Assembly (NCBI GenBank): GCA_025453395.1
Contig: JALOQK010000001.1
Location: 74,244-138,243 of the forward strand
DNA: 64,000 nucleotides
DNA from: Candidatus Omnitrophota bacterium
GTDB lineage: Bacteria > Omnitrophota > Gorgyraeia > Gygaellales > Profunditerraquicolaceae
Direction: 5' to 3'
The notes beneath the pieces are model-generated. The model was not told the origin of the DNA and searched no databases. It saw only the letters and a list, made by a program, of their open reading frames with translations. Below are positions 8,638 through 18,308 of the stretch, piece by piece (the stretch's first letter is position 1; every line of letters begins with the position of its first letter). A program made the position numbers and the translations under genes.

Positions 8638-11577
8638 ATGGCGCATATATTAAGAAATAAAAAAGCCTCGGCATTATTGCTTTCTATGATAACGATTATT
8701 TTTCTAATTAGCGTAACCGCGGCCGCGCTTTTGCGTTATATCACTGAACAAAAATCCACAAATTCAACCCTGGGCAGAATCAAAGGCATCTTTAACGCTG
8801 AAGAAGGCATTTACTATGCCTACGCGGAGCTTTCTAAAAATGCCTTTAACTGGGGCACACACGAATGGAAAAACTCTCAACTTCAGAAAATAGCCAATCC
8901 AACTTTCTCTGTTGCACAAGCTGGCTTTAATAACGACGGCTCATATTACGTGGCCAATCATAATTTTAAGGTGATTGTCTTCCCGGAATTAAGAACTGAC
9001 GGCTCTGAAACAAACGTAGTTATTGTCCGCTCACAGGGCCTTGATAATACAGCAGCCCCTTTGCGCACCATAGAGCTGCGCGTGAGCAAACAATCATTGT
9101 TTGATTATTTTTATTTCTTCCCCTATGACAAAACATTTTCTACCGCCACCTACGACGGCGCCGGTTACGGCAAAATGCACGCCAACGGTAATATTTATTT
9201 TTCCGGTAACCCTATTTTCATTAATCTGACGGAATTGAGCACCGCTGGAAAATTCGCCTTGTCCAACTCCCAATACGCTTCCCCCTATTCTTTTGACAAT
9301 AACAACACAACCATTGACGGAAAAGCGGATCTCTATGGATCATCTGCCCCCCCTTACGAATATTACCTGCCAAGCTCTTTATATAACCCGGGTTATTTTT
9401 TTAACGGAAACTACTATCCTTCAGCAAACAATAACGCGACAGTTGACGGAATAAAACTTCCTATAACATTAGCTACCTCTTGGAAATGGGACCAATACTC
9501 CGGGACAAAAACACAAGCAGAAGTGCCTGTTTCATTCACCGTTGATAACAATGCTCTTTCCTGGCTTGCCAGCAATAAAAGTTTTCTCCCCCCGGCTGAC
9601 TACGCTTCTTTTTCAGCAGCTGTAATAGACGGCACAACGGATAGCTTCTGGAACGCCTGGAAAGCCGCCAATTACACAGACGCAAATACAAGCACCACGG
9701 GAAACTTGGCAAGGGCTTATTGGACAACCTTTTTGGGGCCTACTTATATAAACAATTACGTGAATAACGAATGGTGGACAGATTTAGTTTATGGCAATGG
9801 CCGGACAACCGATGCGAGCTCGGATTTAATTGATGTCAATTTCCTGGACACATCGCAACAAACATCTGACTGGTCAAGCTGGCTATCAGGAAAAAAAGTT
9901 GATATCGTAAAACAGGATACTAACGCTACCGGAACTTTAGATTTGCAAGATATTCTAAAAGATAATTCCAACGGCGGGAAATACCTTACCCCTATAGACA
10001 TACAAACTGATTACAAGGCCAAGGCTTCTTCCGGAGGGATACTCTTAGGTCAAGTTGAAACAAGCGGATATACAGCATGGCTGAATCAACCAAGAACTTT
10101 TACATATTCAGGACATACGTTTAATTATACCATGCGCCAAGACGCAAATGTATATACTTGGGGAACCAACAGGGTAGAGTATATTACAGCTAAAGATGAT
10201 ACTGTTAACCGGTTCTGCGCGGCAGCAGGATATGATCAGGATTGCAGTGACTGCTATGATCTAAGAGATGCTTTTGAATCGGAATTAAGCAGTAATTATT
10301 ATGCCGGTGACGTTATGGGGTGGAACACTGAAGAATTGGAAGAAAAGGGTATTGTAAGCTTTAAAGAATTCTATAACCCGGTCAGGCCTGCCGGATCATC
10401 TTCTTATCTAAATGATTCACAAAATATTGCCTCAGCCAAGAAAACCAAAGCTTTAAATATTGACGTGGAGAAACTGCGCGCCTACCTGGCGGGCAAAGAT
10501 TATAACGGAATTATTTATGTGGAAACGCCAGACGAATCTGACCTTTCTTATGATTATTCGGTCTCTCTTACCAATGCCGGGATATTGCCGGAAAAAGGGT
10601 TAACACTGGTTACCCCGCATAATATTTACGTGAATGGAAGCTTTAACCTTGATTACACAAGAGACAGCGCGACTGAAGCATTCACTCATTATCAAGCAAC
10701 ACATACAGAGAACAACAGCAATGATTATAAATGGCGCAATGCCGCTCTTATAAGCACCAAACGCCTAATTTACACGGTGTCTGACCAATTCTTGGATTAT
10801 GCTGCAAACTTATCTTCTTTCTCAGATATCGCCTCATACCATTACTGGGAACCTAACAGCTCAAGCACATCTTATCCTTATTCATTAGGAAGCTTAAACT
10901 TTATCAATACTTACCTTAATGCTGCCGGGGTAACAGGAAACAATTCTCCGCAGGCGGTAAAAGACTTTTACGCCAAGTACCCGGGCCTAAGCATTCCCGG
11001 TTTATGGACACCTGCGGATATTGAATTCTTAAAATCTAAAGCTGTTTACGACCCCTCTGCGGCAACTGCCGCGAAAGCGCTTCTTGATGCCGGAGAACAA
11101 AATTATGCCACCGCAACTGAATCTAAACAACCCAACAGGGTACTTTATGATATAACTTATAACACCGCTATGGTCTCTGCTTATGACCCCAGCGGTTATA
11201 CCTTAGAGCGCTGGATTAACTCAAGCGGACAAACAGTAAAAAGAAACATTACCGGCGCGTTTATACAGCTTACTGCTGATAAACGCGCTTCTGTGCCATC
11301 AAACTATTCAATAAAAGTTGGAGGAAAATTTTGTTATCAAGTAGGGCCAGGATATGATTATTGGGGTTATTACAGATCTGGCAGGTTTGGGAGCAATCGA
11401 TACGTTCCGCAATTCTCCGACGCATATAACCCCATTTATAATTACGCTTATGAAATTAACTTCGCCAAGAATTCCGCAAGTGGAGCAAGTACCGGCCCCA
11501 TTGCCACAGGCAAAAAGAGTTGGATAGAACTTCCTAATAGCGACTTTTTCCCGGTAAAGAAAATATATTGCCCTTAA
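8638..11577 (+). CDS. large PilX-like pilus protein, probable adhesin
   Basis: KKASALLLSM hydrophobic helix lacking E5, AEEGIYYA, MHANGNIYF; Tyr/Ser/Thr/Asn-rich body. Confidence 0.7.
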   Translation: MAHILRNKKASALLLSMITIIFLISVTAAALLRYITEQKSTNSTLGRIKGIFNAEEGIYYAYAELSKNAFNWGTHEWKNSQLQKIANPTFSVAQAGFNNDGSYYVANHNFKVIVFPELRTDGSETNVVIVRSQGLDNTAAPLRTIELRVSKQSLFDYFYFFPYDKTFSTATYDGAGYGKMHANGNIYFSGNPIFINLTELSTAGKFALSNSQYASPYSFDNNNTTIDGKADLYGSSAPPYEYYLPSSLYNPGYFFNGNYYPSANNNATVDGIKLPITLATSWKWDQYSGTKTQAEVPVSFTVDNNALSWLASNKSFLPPADYASFSAAVIDGTTDSFWNAWKAANYTDANTSTTGNLARAYWTTFLGPTYINNYVNNEWWTDLVYGNGRTTDASSDLIDVNFLDTSQQTSDWSSWLSGKKVDIVKQDTNATGTLDLQDILKDNSNGGKYLTPIDIQTDYKAKASSGGILLGQVETSGYTAWLNQPRTFTYSGHTFNYTMRQDANVYTWGTNRVEYITAKDDTVNRFCAAAGYDQDCSDCYDLRDAFESELSSNYYAGDVMGWNTEELEEKGIVSFKEFYNPVRPAGSSSYLNDSQNIASAKKTKALNIDVEKLRAYLAGKDYNGIIYVETPDESDLSYDYSVSLTNAGILPEKGLTLVTPHNIYVNGSFNLDYTRDSATEAFTHYQATHTENNSNDYKWRNAALISTKRLIYTVSDQFLDYAANLSSFSDIASYHYWEPNSSSTSYPYSLGSLNFINTYLNAAGVTGNNSPQAVKDFYAKYPGLSIPGLWTPADIEFLKSKAVYDPSAATAAKALLDAGEQNYATATESKQPNRVLYDITYNTAMVSAYDPSGYTLERWINSSGQTVKRNITGAFIQLTADKRASVPSNYSIKVGGKFCYQVGPGYDYWGYYRSGRFGSNRYVPQFSDAYNPIYNYAYEINFAKNSASGASTGPIATGKKSWIELPNSDFFPVKKIYCP

Positions 11578-11578
11578 A

Positions 11579-11655
11579 AAAATAAAGGGGACGGTTCAAA
11601 ATAAAGGGGACGGTTCAAAATAAAGGGGACGGTTCTATTAAATAGAGCCGTCCCC
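11579..11655. repeat. 3 x 19-bp tandem repeat AAAATAAAGGGGACGGTTC ending in a REP-like hairpin (family G)
   Basis: Exact copies at 11579, 11598, 11617; hairpin GGGGACGGTTCTATT-AATAGAGCCGTCCCC between convergent genes. Confidence 0.9.
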
Positions 11656-11677
11656 ATATTTTTGTTTTTACCTGTTT

Positions 11678-11860
11678 TTAGCTTACCTTAATCGCGTTTA
11701 CCGGACACTGATCAGCTACTTCCGCAAGATTATGGATAGAGCAAACTTGCGCTTTGACATGCGCTAACCCGTCACCCTGCACTTGAAAAACTTCCGGACA
11801 AGACTGCTCGCACAAACCACAACCCACACAAGTTGATGTATCTACTGTTACCTTGGCCAT
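11678..11860 (-). CDS. ferredoxin (single 4Fe-4S cluster type)
   Basis: CVGCGLCEQSCPEVF ... CPVNAI; GGGGAGG RBS. Confidence 0.92.
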   Translation of the reverse strand: MAKVTVDTSTCVGCGLCEQSCPEVFQVQGDGLAHVKAQVCSIHNLAEVADQCPVNAIKVS

Positions 11861-11878
11861 TTCTTCTTAACCTCCCCT

Positions 11879-11959
11879 TTTCAGTTTTCAGCTTTCAGTC
11901 TTCAGCTTTCAGCCGTCAGCAAAAGCTTTAAGCTAATAGCTGACAGCTGATGGCTGATA
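11879..11959. repeat. heptamer-armed palindromic element, family D copy 1
   Basis: (TCAGCTT/TCAGCCG)n left arm, (AGCTGAT/AGCTGAC)n right arm. Confidence 0.7.
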
Positions 11960-12439
11960 CTATCTTTCTAACAAATTCTCAAACATTTCTTCGTGTGTCA
12001 CTTCTTCAGAGATTATATGCGAAATAAGATTGTAAGTAACGTGATCTTTGCCAAATGTTTTCTTTAAAATTTTGTGGTACACTTCTATCGCGCCTTGTTC
12101 GGCTTCAGTAACAATACGAATGATCCGGTTGATATCAGCGCTATTCTTGGGAGGCATGGCATATGGGGCATTGGCGTTTTTCTCCAACTCTATAGGATTG
12201 GCAATCGGCACCCCGCCTAATTTTGTGATAAGATCCGCTAGTTCTCCCGCGTGCTCAAGTTCGTCCTTAGCTACCTTCTCCAGCATCTCCTGCATATCTT
12301 CATAGGCCTTGCCGGAAACTATTCTTGCCATATACCAATAAAGGTAAAATGCCAGCCATTCATCCGCGTAGGCCTTATTCAAGTCATGCACTAATTCTTT
12401 AAGGCTTAAATCCACAATTGACCTTGCCTGTTTTCCCAT
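11960..12439 (-). CDS. DPS-like (DpsL) ferritin-superfamily protein
   Basis: LNKAYADEWLAFYLYW, DELEHA, EEVTHE ferroxidase ligands. Confidence 0.85.
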   Translation of the reverse strand: MGKQARSIVDLSLKELVHDLNKAYADEWLAFYLYWYMARIVSGKAYEDMQEMLEKVAKDELEHAGELADLITKLGGVPIANPIELEKNANAPYAMPPKNSADINRIIRIVTEAEQGAIEVYHKILKKTFGKDHVTYNLISHIISEEVTHEEMFENLLER

Positions 12440-12464
12440 ATCTACTACCCCCTTTTGCGCTGCT

Positions 12465-13334
12465 TTAAGCCTTCAGTCCGTACTTAGCGATATTGTTATC
12501 TGCTATGGCCTGAATCTTTCTTATCTCTTCCGGATTATTCAGAAGATGCTTGAACCTGCCTTGCACCTTAAGATATTCCTCTACCGGCTTAGGCTGGATT
12601 TTACGCACTTGCGCCAAGACGCCATTCTCATATTCAATTAAAGGATAAAGCCCGGTTTCTACTGCTAACTTGCCAACCTCGAGGGTCATAGAAGATTCAT
12701 GTCTCCAGCCTAAAGGACAGGGGACATGAATTTGCATATATTTTGGCCCCTTGATGCTTAAGGCCTTTTTAACTTTGCGCTGTATATCTTGCGGCAAACT
12801 AGCTGATGCTGTAGCAACATAAGGGATCCCATGAGCCACGGCAATTTCCGGCATAGGTTTCTTGGGACGGATATTGCCCGTGGAACCAGCGCCTATGGGG
12901 CTGGTGGTAGTATTAGTATCAAAAGGCGTCAAACCGCTTCTCTGGACACCGGTATTCATATAAGCTTCATTATCATAACAAACATATAAAATATCATGGC
13001 CTCTTTCCAGCATCCCGGAAAGAGCCTGCAGGCCAATATCTGCTGTTCCTCCGTCACCTGCCTGAGCGATAACATTAATATTATCTTTCTTGCCTAAATA
13101 TTTCAGGCCTGCCTCTACTCCGGAAGCCACCGCCGCGCAGTTTTCAAATAAAGAATGCATCCAGGGAATTTCCCAGGCTGATTCCGGAAATTTAGTAGAA
13201 AAAACCTCAAGGCACCCGGTATTATTTACTACCATGGTATTCTTACCGGCAGTATCAATTACCATTCGGGCGGCTAATGCCTGGCCGCATCCGGCGCAAG
13301 CAGTATGCCCACAAGCTAAAAGGCTATTGCTCAT
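12465..13334 (-). CDS. porB: pyruvate:ferredoxin oxidoreductase beta subunit
   Basis: GHTACAGCG, GDGGTADIG, YDNEAYMNTG, PCPLGW. Confidence 0.92.
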   Translation of the reverse strand: MSNSLLACGHTACAGCGQALAARMVIDTAGKNTMVVNNTGCLEVFSTKFPESAWEIPWMHSLFENCAAVASGVEAGLKYLGKKDNINVIAQAGDGGTADIGLQALSGMLERGHDILYVCYDNEAYMNTGVQRSGLTPFDTNTTTSPIGAGSTGNIRPKKPMPEIAVAHGIPYVATASASLPQDIQRKVKKALSIKGPKYMQIHVPCPLGWRHESSMTLEVGKLAVETGLYPLIEYENGVLAQVRKIQPKPVEEYLKVQGRFKHLLNNPEEIRKIQAIADNNIAKYGLKA

Positions 13335-14508
13335 AACTCTCCTTCAAAAGTTCGGGCTTTAAATCAATAAAATCGCCGTTTAATTCTTTAGCAGTCAAAA
13401 GGCGGAAAATTTCTTTTATGGACTCCCTGGTGATATCTCTTCCGCCAAGGCCTAAGACAAAACTGCTTATTACTTTAGGCGCTTTCTTCTTTCCGCAAAA
13501 GGCAGCTTTTACCTCCGCGGCAATAGGAGCAAACGATCCTAAAGATACGGATTTATCTACTATTGCTACTTTCTTGGCATTCTTCAACGCCTCGCAGACA
13601 GCCTGCGCCGGGAAGGGGCGGAAAGTGGTAATTTTTAACAAGCCCACTTTCTTGCCCTTTGACCTTAACTGATCAATAGTATCTTTTATTGTCCCGCATA
13701 CAGAGCCCATGGCCACGATCACCCGTTCAGCGTCTTCAAGCTGGTATCCTTCAACTAAGCCGTTATAATTTCTGCCGAATGCCTTGCCAAAATCAGCAAA
13801 TACCTTAGGTATGAATTCTAAAGCCTTTTCATGGGTTTTATGAAGGGCATACCGGGTCTCAAGGTAAGAATCGGGATCCACTAAGGGGCCTAAAGTCATT
13901 GGGTTATCCACATCTAATTTATATAATGCCTTATATGAAGGCAAGAATTTATCAACTGTTGCCTGATCCGGAATATCCACTGTTTCTATCCCGTGGGTTA
14001 GGATAAAACCGTCCATGCACACCATTACCGGAAGCATCATCCCGGCATCTTCAGCAATGCGATAAGCCAAAACATGAAAATCCACTGCTTCCTGCACGTC
14101 TTCAGCGTAAAACTGGATCCATCCGGCGTCCCTTAAAGAAATGGAATCCTGCTGGTCGTTCCAGATATTGATCGGAGCGGAGATCGCGCGGTTAGCGCAG
14201 GTCATTACTACCGGCAGCCTCATTCCCGCAATATTAAAAACTACCTCTGCCATCAAGAAAAGCCCTTGGGAGCTTGTGGCGGTATAAGAACGCACCCCTG
14301 TTGCGGATGCGCCCAAGACTACCGAAGCTGCCGAATGCTCTGATTCCACATTCACAAACTCTGCTTTAAGTTTTCCATCGGCGACTATCTGGGCCAAATC
14401 TTCCACAATATGCGTCTGGGGAGTAATCGGATACGCCGAAATAACTCCGGGCCTGCATAATTTAACGATCTCTGCTATAGCGTGAGAGCCTTCAATAAAT
14501 TCTTTCAT
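13324..14508 (-). CDS. porA: pyruvate:ferredoxin oxidoreductase alpha subunit
   Basis: AYPITPQT, ESEHSA, TSSQGL. Confidence 0.92.
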   Translation of the reverse strand: MKEFIEGSHAIAEIVKLCRPGVISAYPITPQTHIVEDLAQIVADGKLKAEFVNVESEHSAASVVLGASATGVRSYTATSSQGLFLMAEVVFNIAGMRLPVVMTCANRAISAPINIWNDQQDSISLRDAGWIQFYAEDVQEAVDFHVLAYRIAEDAGMMLPVMVCMDGFILTHGIETVDIPDQATVDKFLPSYKALYKLDVDNPMTLGPLVDPDSYLETRYALHKTHEKALEFIPKVFADFGKAFGRNYNGLVEGYQLEDAERVIVAMGSVCGTIKDTIDQLRSKGKKVGLLKITTFRPFPAQAVCEALKNAKKVAIVDKSVSLGSFAPIAAEVKAAFCGKKKAPKVISSFVLGLGGRDITRESIKEIFRLLTAKELNGDFIDLKPELLKESYEQ

Positions 14509-14509
14509 C

Positions 14510-14773
14510 TTATTCCTTGGCCTCTTCTTTGATCATTACGATATCTTTCTTAGGGCAAATTGCCGCGCAATTGCCGCAGCCTTTACAATACAACAAATCG
14601 CAATTATAGGTATTCTTGGCGCTGCCGGTAATGCATCCTTCGGGACAGATCAATAAACACATCTTACAGCCAATACAATCTTTTTGTAAGAATTTGGGCT
14701 TTACTTCTGTCCTCCAGGAACCGGTCTTATTATCCCTGCTTTTGCCGGATTTACAAATTAACGGACCAAACAT
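14510..14773 (-). CDS. porD: pyruvate:ferredoxin oxidoreductase delta subunit
   Basis: KTGSWRT, two CxxCxxCxxxCP motifs. Confidence 0.92.
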   Translation of the reverse strand: MFGPLICKSGKSRDNKTGSWRTEVKPKFLQKDCIGCKMCLLICPEGCITGSAKNTYNCDLLYCKGCGNCAAICPKKDIVMIKEEAKE

Positions 14774-14781
14774 TCATACTC

Positions 14782-15321
14782 CTATTTTTTAATGAAAGAA
14801 AAACCCTGTTTCACCGCTTCAATATTGCCCTCAAGCGCCTTACCGGAAAAACGGTGTTTTACTGCTTCCAAAAGCGCGTCTAACTCTAATTCACCAGTAG
14901 CCGCGCAAAAAGCCCCCAATAAAGCGGTATTACCTAAGGGCCGTCCAATAGTCTTTAAAGCAATGTCATTGGCCGGGATCACATAAAGCTTCTGGCGGGC
15001 ATTAAGCTTAGGGATCTCCACGCCTTCTTTTTGGTTAATTATAGCAATGCCACTATCTTTTAAGCCTGCGAAACAATTAAAACCTCTTAAAAGCGTGGCA
15101 TCCATGATTAAAAGGTAATCCGGCTCATATATTTGGCTGCGCAGGCGCACAGGTTTAGCATCAACCCTGACAAAGGCGTTCATAGGAGCGCCCATTCTGG
15201 CCGCGCCAAAATGCGGAAAAGCGTAAGGATACATCCCCTTTAAAAAGTAGGCATCCCCTAACAAGGCCGCGGTAGTAATTGCCCCCTGCCCGGCACGGGC
15301 ATGGATCCTGATCTCTTTCAT
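14782..15321 (-). CDS. porC: pyruvate:ferredoxin oxidoreductase gamma subunit
   Basis: EIRIHARAGQGA, FPHFGAARMGAP. Confidence 0.9.
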   Translation of the reverse strand: MKEIRIHARAGQGAITTAALLGDAYFLKGMYPYAFPHFGAARMGAPMNAFVRVDAKPVRLRSQIYEPDYLLIMDATLLRGFNCFAGLKDSGIAIINQKEGVEIPKLNARQKLYVIPANDIALKTIGRPLGNTALLGAFCAATGELELDALLEAVKHRFSGKALEGNIEAVKQGFSFIKK

Positions 15322-15366
15322 TTTACAATAAACTCCTTAATGGATAATTTGGAAAACGAGAGTATC

Positions 15367-15395
15367 AATATACCTTCTCCTAAAGCCTTTGTCAA
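15367..15395 (-). promoter_or_regulatory. sigma70 promoter of the por operon
   Basis: TTGACA-17-TATATT. Confidence 0.7.
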
Positions 15396-15401
15396 CTATT
15401 T

Positions 15402-16433
15402 TTAATTTGGCCTTATCAGGCCGGAAACTTCAGAAAGAAGCTTCAAAACCCCTGAAGCATCTTGTGCAGACAAAGTCCCTAAACCGCAGCTTGGGGAGAT
15501 AAGAAGGTTTTCTAAAAGCGCTTGTTTGTCTAAGCCTTTCCTGAAAAAGGCCTCTATGCCTTTATTGATCTTCTCTGCCAAGAAAGAAGCCTTCATATCA
15601 GAGCTATACCCTTGAGCCGGCACAATGCCCCAACAAAGGATCCTCTCCTGCTTTAAAAAATTTTCTATTTCCGGGCTATACAAAATAAGCTTATCCAAGA
15701 AGCCGAAAGCGTCAAAATTTATGATTTTCAGGCTGTTGATTTGAGTAAATATGGACCAATCGGTATTGCCGCAGCAATGCACCCCCGGCAATATCCCCGC
15801 CTGGGCTAAACAATCGCAAAATTCGGATAGTGTTGCTACCACGCTTTCCCGCCCCAGCGCGGAATAAGCTGAACCAAAACAGGCCAGATAAGGCTCATCA
15901 ATGAATAAAATAACCGGCTTGCCGAATTCCTCAAGGAATTGCGCCTGCCACAATGCCTTCATTAAAAGGCCTTGGGTAATCGCCTGCATAAAAACCTGAT
16001 CATGTAGAAGTATGACGCCTTTTTCATCTTTGATGCTGGCGGCCATAGTAAACGGCCCGGTAACATGGCACTTTAAGAAAGAAACCCCGCTTAGATCTGT
16101 TTTCTTCAGGCGCTTTCTAAAGGCATATAACCCGCTGGCATAGGCTTCGGAAATGGCAAAATATGCCATCTGTTTACTTATTATCTTCTCGTAAAATACT
16201 TCTAACTCTTTTTCTTTATTTTCCGGAGAGAAAATTACCCCTTCAGCACTGGTCTTAATGCAGGGCAGGCCTTCAATAAACTGCGCGGTCATGCCTTCAC
16301 GCGCGTCTTTCTTAGGAAGCTGCGGCCAAAAAGGTATTTGAGGGGCGTATTGAAAAACTAAATCCAGGGCTTCTTGCGGGTCTTTATAGGGGAGGCTTCC
16401 TATTCCGGTTGCTAAACCTTTAATATTCTTCAC
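15402..16433 (-). CDS. single-domain (core) cobalamin-independent methionine synthase-like protein
   Basis: TGIGSLP, PFWPQLP, TGPFT, DEP, HCCG and SPSCGLG Zn-ligand motifs; 343 aa. Confidence 0.75.
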   Translation of the reverse strand: MKNIKGLATGIGSLPYKDPQEALDLVFQYAPQIPFWPQLPKKDAREGMTAQFIEGLPCIKTSAEGVIFSPENKEKELEVFYEKIISKQMAYFAISEAYASGLYAFRKRLKKTDLSGVSFLKCHVTGPFTMAASIKDEKGVILLHDQVFMQAITQGLLMKALWQAQFLEEFGKPVILFIDEPYLACFGSAYSALGRESVVATLSEFCDCLAQAGILPGVHCCGNTDWSIFTQINSLKIINFDAFGFLDKLILYSPEIENFLKQERILCWGIVPAQGYSSDMKASFLAEKINKGIEAFFRKGLDKQALLENLLISPSCGLGTLSAQDASGVLKLLSEVSGLIRPN

Positions 16434-16894
16434 ATCTGCTCCCTTTGCAAGCCTCCGCTTGGCTTTATTTCCACAAGCTCTTTAACCTCTATTCTTAAAA
16501 CCACAAATTTTTCTGGTATGGCAAGCTCAAAGCTAGAGTGTTTCTTGCCCTTGGAAATTCCTTCAATAATACGGCTAGCAGAGAGGCTTACCTGCTTTTG
16601 GGAAAGCTCATGAAATATCTTCTCATACTCATGGCCGTTTTCTAAGATATGCGCCTTGCCGTTTAACTGATAGCCCAAAAGTGTTTCAGTATCCATAAAG
16701 GAAAGCGATATCAGAGGATTTACCTTCAGATTCTCCCAAGTAGTCCCAATAGTATAATCAATAAGATAAATAAAATTCCCCTCACACTTAAGTATAAATT
16801 TCGGGGCGGCGTTGGGCTTGCCCTTAAGGCTTGAGGTTGCAACGCTTATAAATTCTTTTTGCTTAAGCAATCCCCTGATCTTTTCCGGAAGCAT
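16430..16894 (-). CDS. pyridoxamine 5'-phosphate oxidase family (FMN-binding) protein
   Basis: VATSS..GKPNAAPK, TWENLKVNP, GYQLNG. Confidence 0.8.
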   Translation of the reverse strand: MLPEKIRGLLKQKEFISVATSSLKGKPNAAPKFILKCEGNFIYLIDYTIGTTWENLKVNPLISLSFMDTETLLGYQLNGKAHILENGHEYEKIFHELSQKQVSLSASRIIEGISKGKKHSSFELAIPEKFVVLRIEVKELVEIKPSGGLQREQM

Positions 16895-16897
16895 ATT

Positions 16898-17191
16898 CTA
16901 AAATCCCGGCAGGGCTAGCCCGCTTATATCCTTCATCTTGCTGGCGGCTATTTCCTGCGCGCGCTTGATCGCGCGGTTGTATGTATCCTTTATCGCCTGT
17001 TCTAATTTACCCTTGTCCACCTTACTATAGGAATCAGCTAAAATCACATCTTTAATTTCCTGCGCGGCATTCATAACCACTTTAAAAACGCCGTCAGAGC
17101 TTGAAACTTCAAAGGTTGCCTGCTCCAGCTGCTTCTTAAGTTCCTGAACTTTCTTTTGCAAATCCATCATCTGTTTCATTTTATCAAACAT
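16898..17191 (-). CDS. YbaB/EbfC family nucleoid-associated protein
   Basis: MFDKMKQMMDLQKKVQELKKQL..GVFKVVMN..GLALPGF. Confidence 0.8.
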   Translation of the reverse strand: MFDKMKQMMDLQKKVQELKKQLEQATFEVSSSDGVFKVVMNAAQEIKDVILADSYSKVDKGKLEQAIKDTYNRAIKRAQEIAASKMKDISGLALPGF

Positions 17192-17816
17192 GAGCAACTT
17201 CTCCTTGTTCCAATTTACGATAAATATAGGCGTAGGCTAAAGAAGTAAGCGGAATAGTCACTAAAAGCCCTACCACCAGGCACAATAATCCGGCGATGTT
17301 TACAAGAACTGTTAGCAAGGCGAATAAGAAAAGCTGCCATTTCTGCCCGCGAGTTATCCGGGAACTCTCTTTTAAAGCCTGCATGGGGCCGGTTTTCTTA
17401 TCTACTATAAAATATGCGAAAAACTGCAGCTGTAACCCAAGGATAATTCCCGGCACAATCAAAACAATGATACCGCCTATTACCGCTAAAGTCATAAGAA
17501 TGGCGCTTAATAGATAGGGGAAGAACTGCTTGGCGCAGGAAAATAAATCGTCAAAATCAGCTTTCTGCTTGTCATAAAATTTAAGCGCTATCTTTATGAA
17601 TCCCATGCCTACGATCATGCTCAAAATGTTGGAAATAAGGCTGAAAATAAAAGAAATAACCGGGTATGTTTTCTCGGTGACGCTGCTGACGAATGCCGGC
17701 ACATAAACCACCACAAACACTACAAGGCTTAAGCCAATAAAGAAACCAATATTGCCGGTTACAGTTTCCCAGCCAAACTTCAAAGCTTGCTTTTTAGAAA
17801 ATTTTCTTTCTTCCAC
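17184..17816 (-). CDS. integral membrane protein (DUF975/YciC-like)
   Basis: Several TM helices; LIVPGI and ALKESSRITRGQKWQLF motifs. Confidence 0.7.
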   Translation of the reverse strand: MEERKFSKKQALKFGWETVTGNIGFFIGLSLVVFVVVYVPAFVSSVTEKTYPVISFIFSLISNILSMIVGMGFIKIALKFYDKQKADFDDLFSCAKQFFPYLLSAILMTLAVIGGIIVLIVPGIILGLQLQFFAYFIVDKKTGPMQALKESSRITRGQKWQLFLFALLTVLVNIAGLLCLVVGLLVTIPLTSLAYAYIYRKLEQGEVAHV

Positions 17817-17846
17817 GCTGGCCTCCTATTTGCTGTTATTTATGCG

Positions 17847-18308
17847 CTATTTTACCCCAAGGATTTTCTTTATTTGCTCATCCGGGTAACGGTTATCCCG
17901 GGCGGCAATGTTTCCTTCTTTATCAATTATAATATAAGCGGGAATCCCATAAACCATAAAAGAACCTACCACTGTTTGCTGTTGATCCAAAAGAACCGGA
18001 TATTTCAAATCACGCAATTGCACGAATTTCTCAACTTTTTCCCGTGATTCCCCGATATTAATCGCCAAGATCTCAAGCCCGCCCTTTGAAGTTTCCGGAT
18101 ATTTGCCATTAACATCCAGAAGCGCCTGACGGCAATACGGGCACCAGGTGGTCCAAAAAAGAAGAAGCACCGGCTTTTGATTCTTAAAGCTAGTTAAGGT
18201 AACCTCTTGCCCTTTTAGATCCTTAAGCTTAAAATCCTGGGCAAAACAAACCCCGGACAATAAAACAAATAACGCAACCAAACTTACGGTTAATTTCTTA
18301 ATTCTCAT
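17847..18308 (-). CDS. TlpA/ResA-family thiol:disulfide oxidoreductase
   Basis: Signal peptide, FWTTWCPYC, GIP; start overlaps ccdA stop (TAATG). Confidence 0.88.
   Translation of the reverse strand: MRIKKLTVSLVALFVLLSGVCFAQDFKLKDLKGQEVTLTSFKNQKPVLLLFWTTWCPYCRQALLDVNGKYPETSKGGLEILAINIGESREKVEKFVQLRDLKYPVLLDQQQTVVGSFMVYGIPAYIIIDKEGNIAARDNRYPDEQIKKILGVK

Noticed and set aside
8638-11577. Diversity-generating retroelement target
   Set aside because: No reverse transcriptase and no template/variable repeat pair seen in the window
11579-11635. CRISPR array
   Set aside because: 19-bp head-to-tail repeats without spacers
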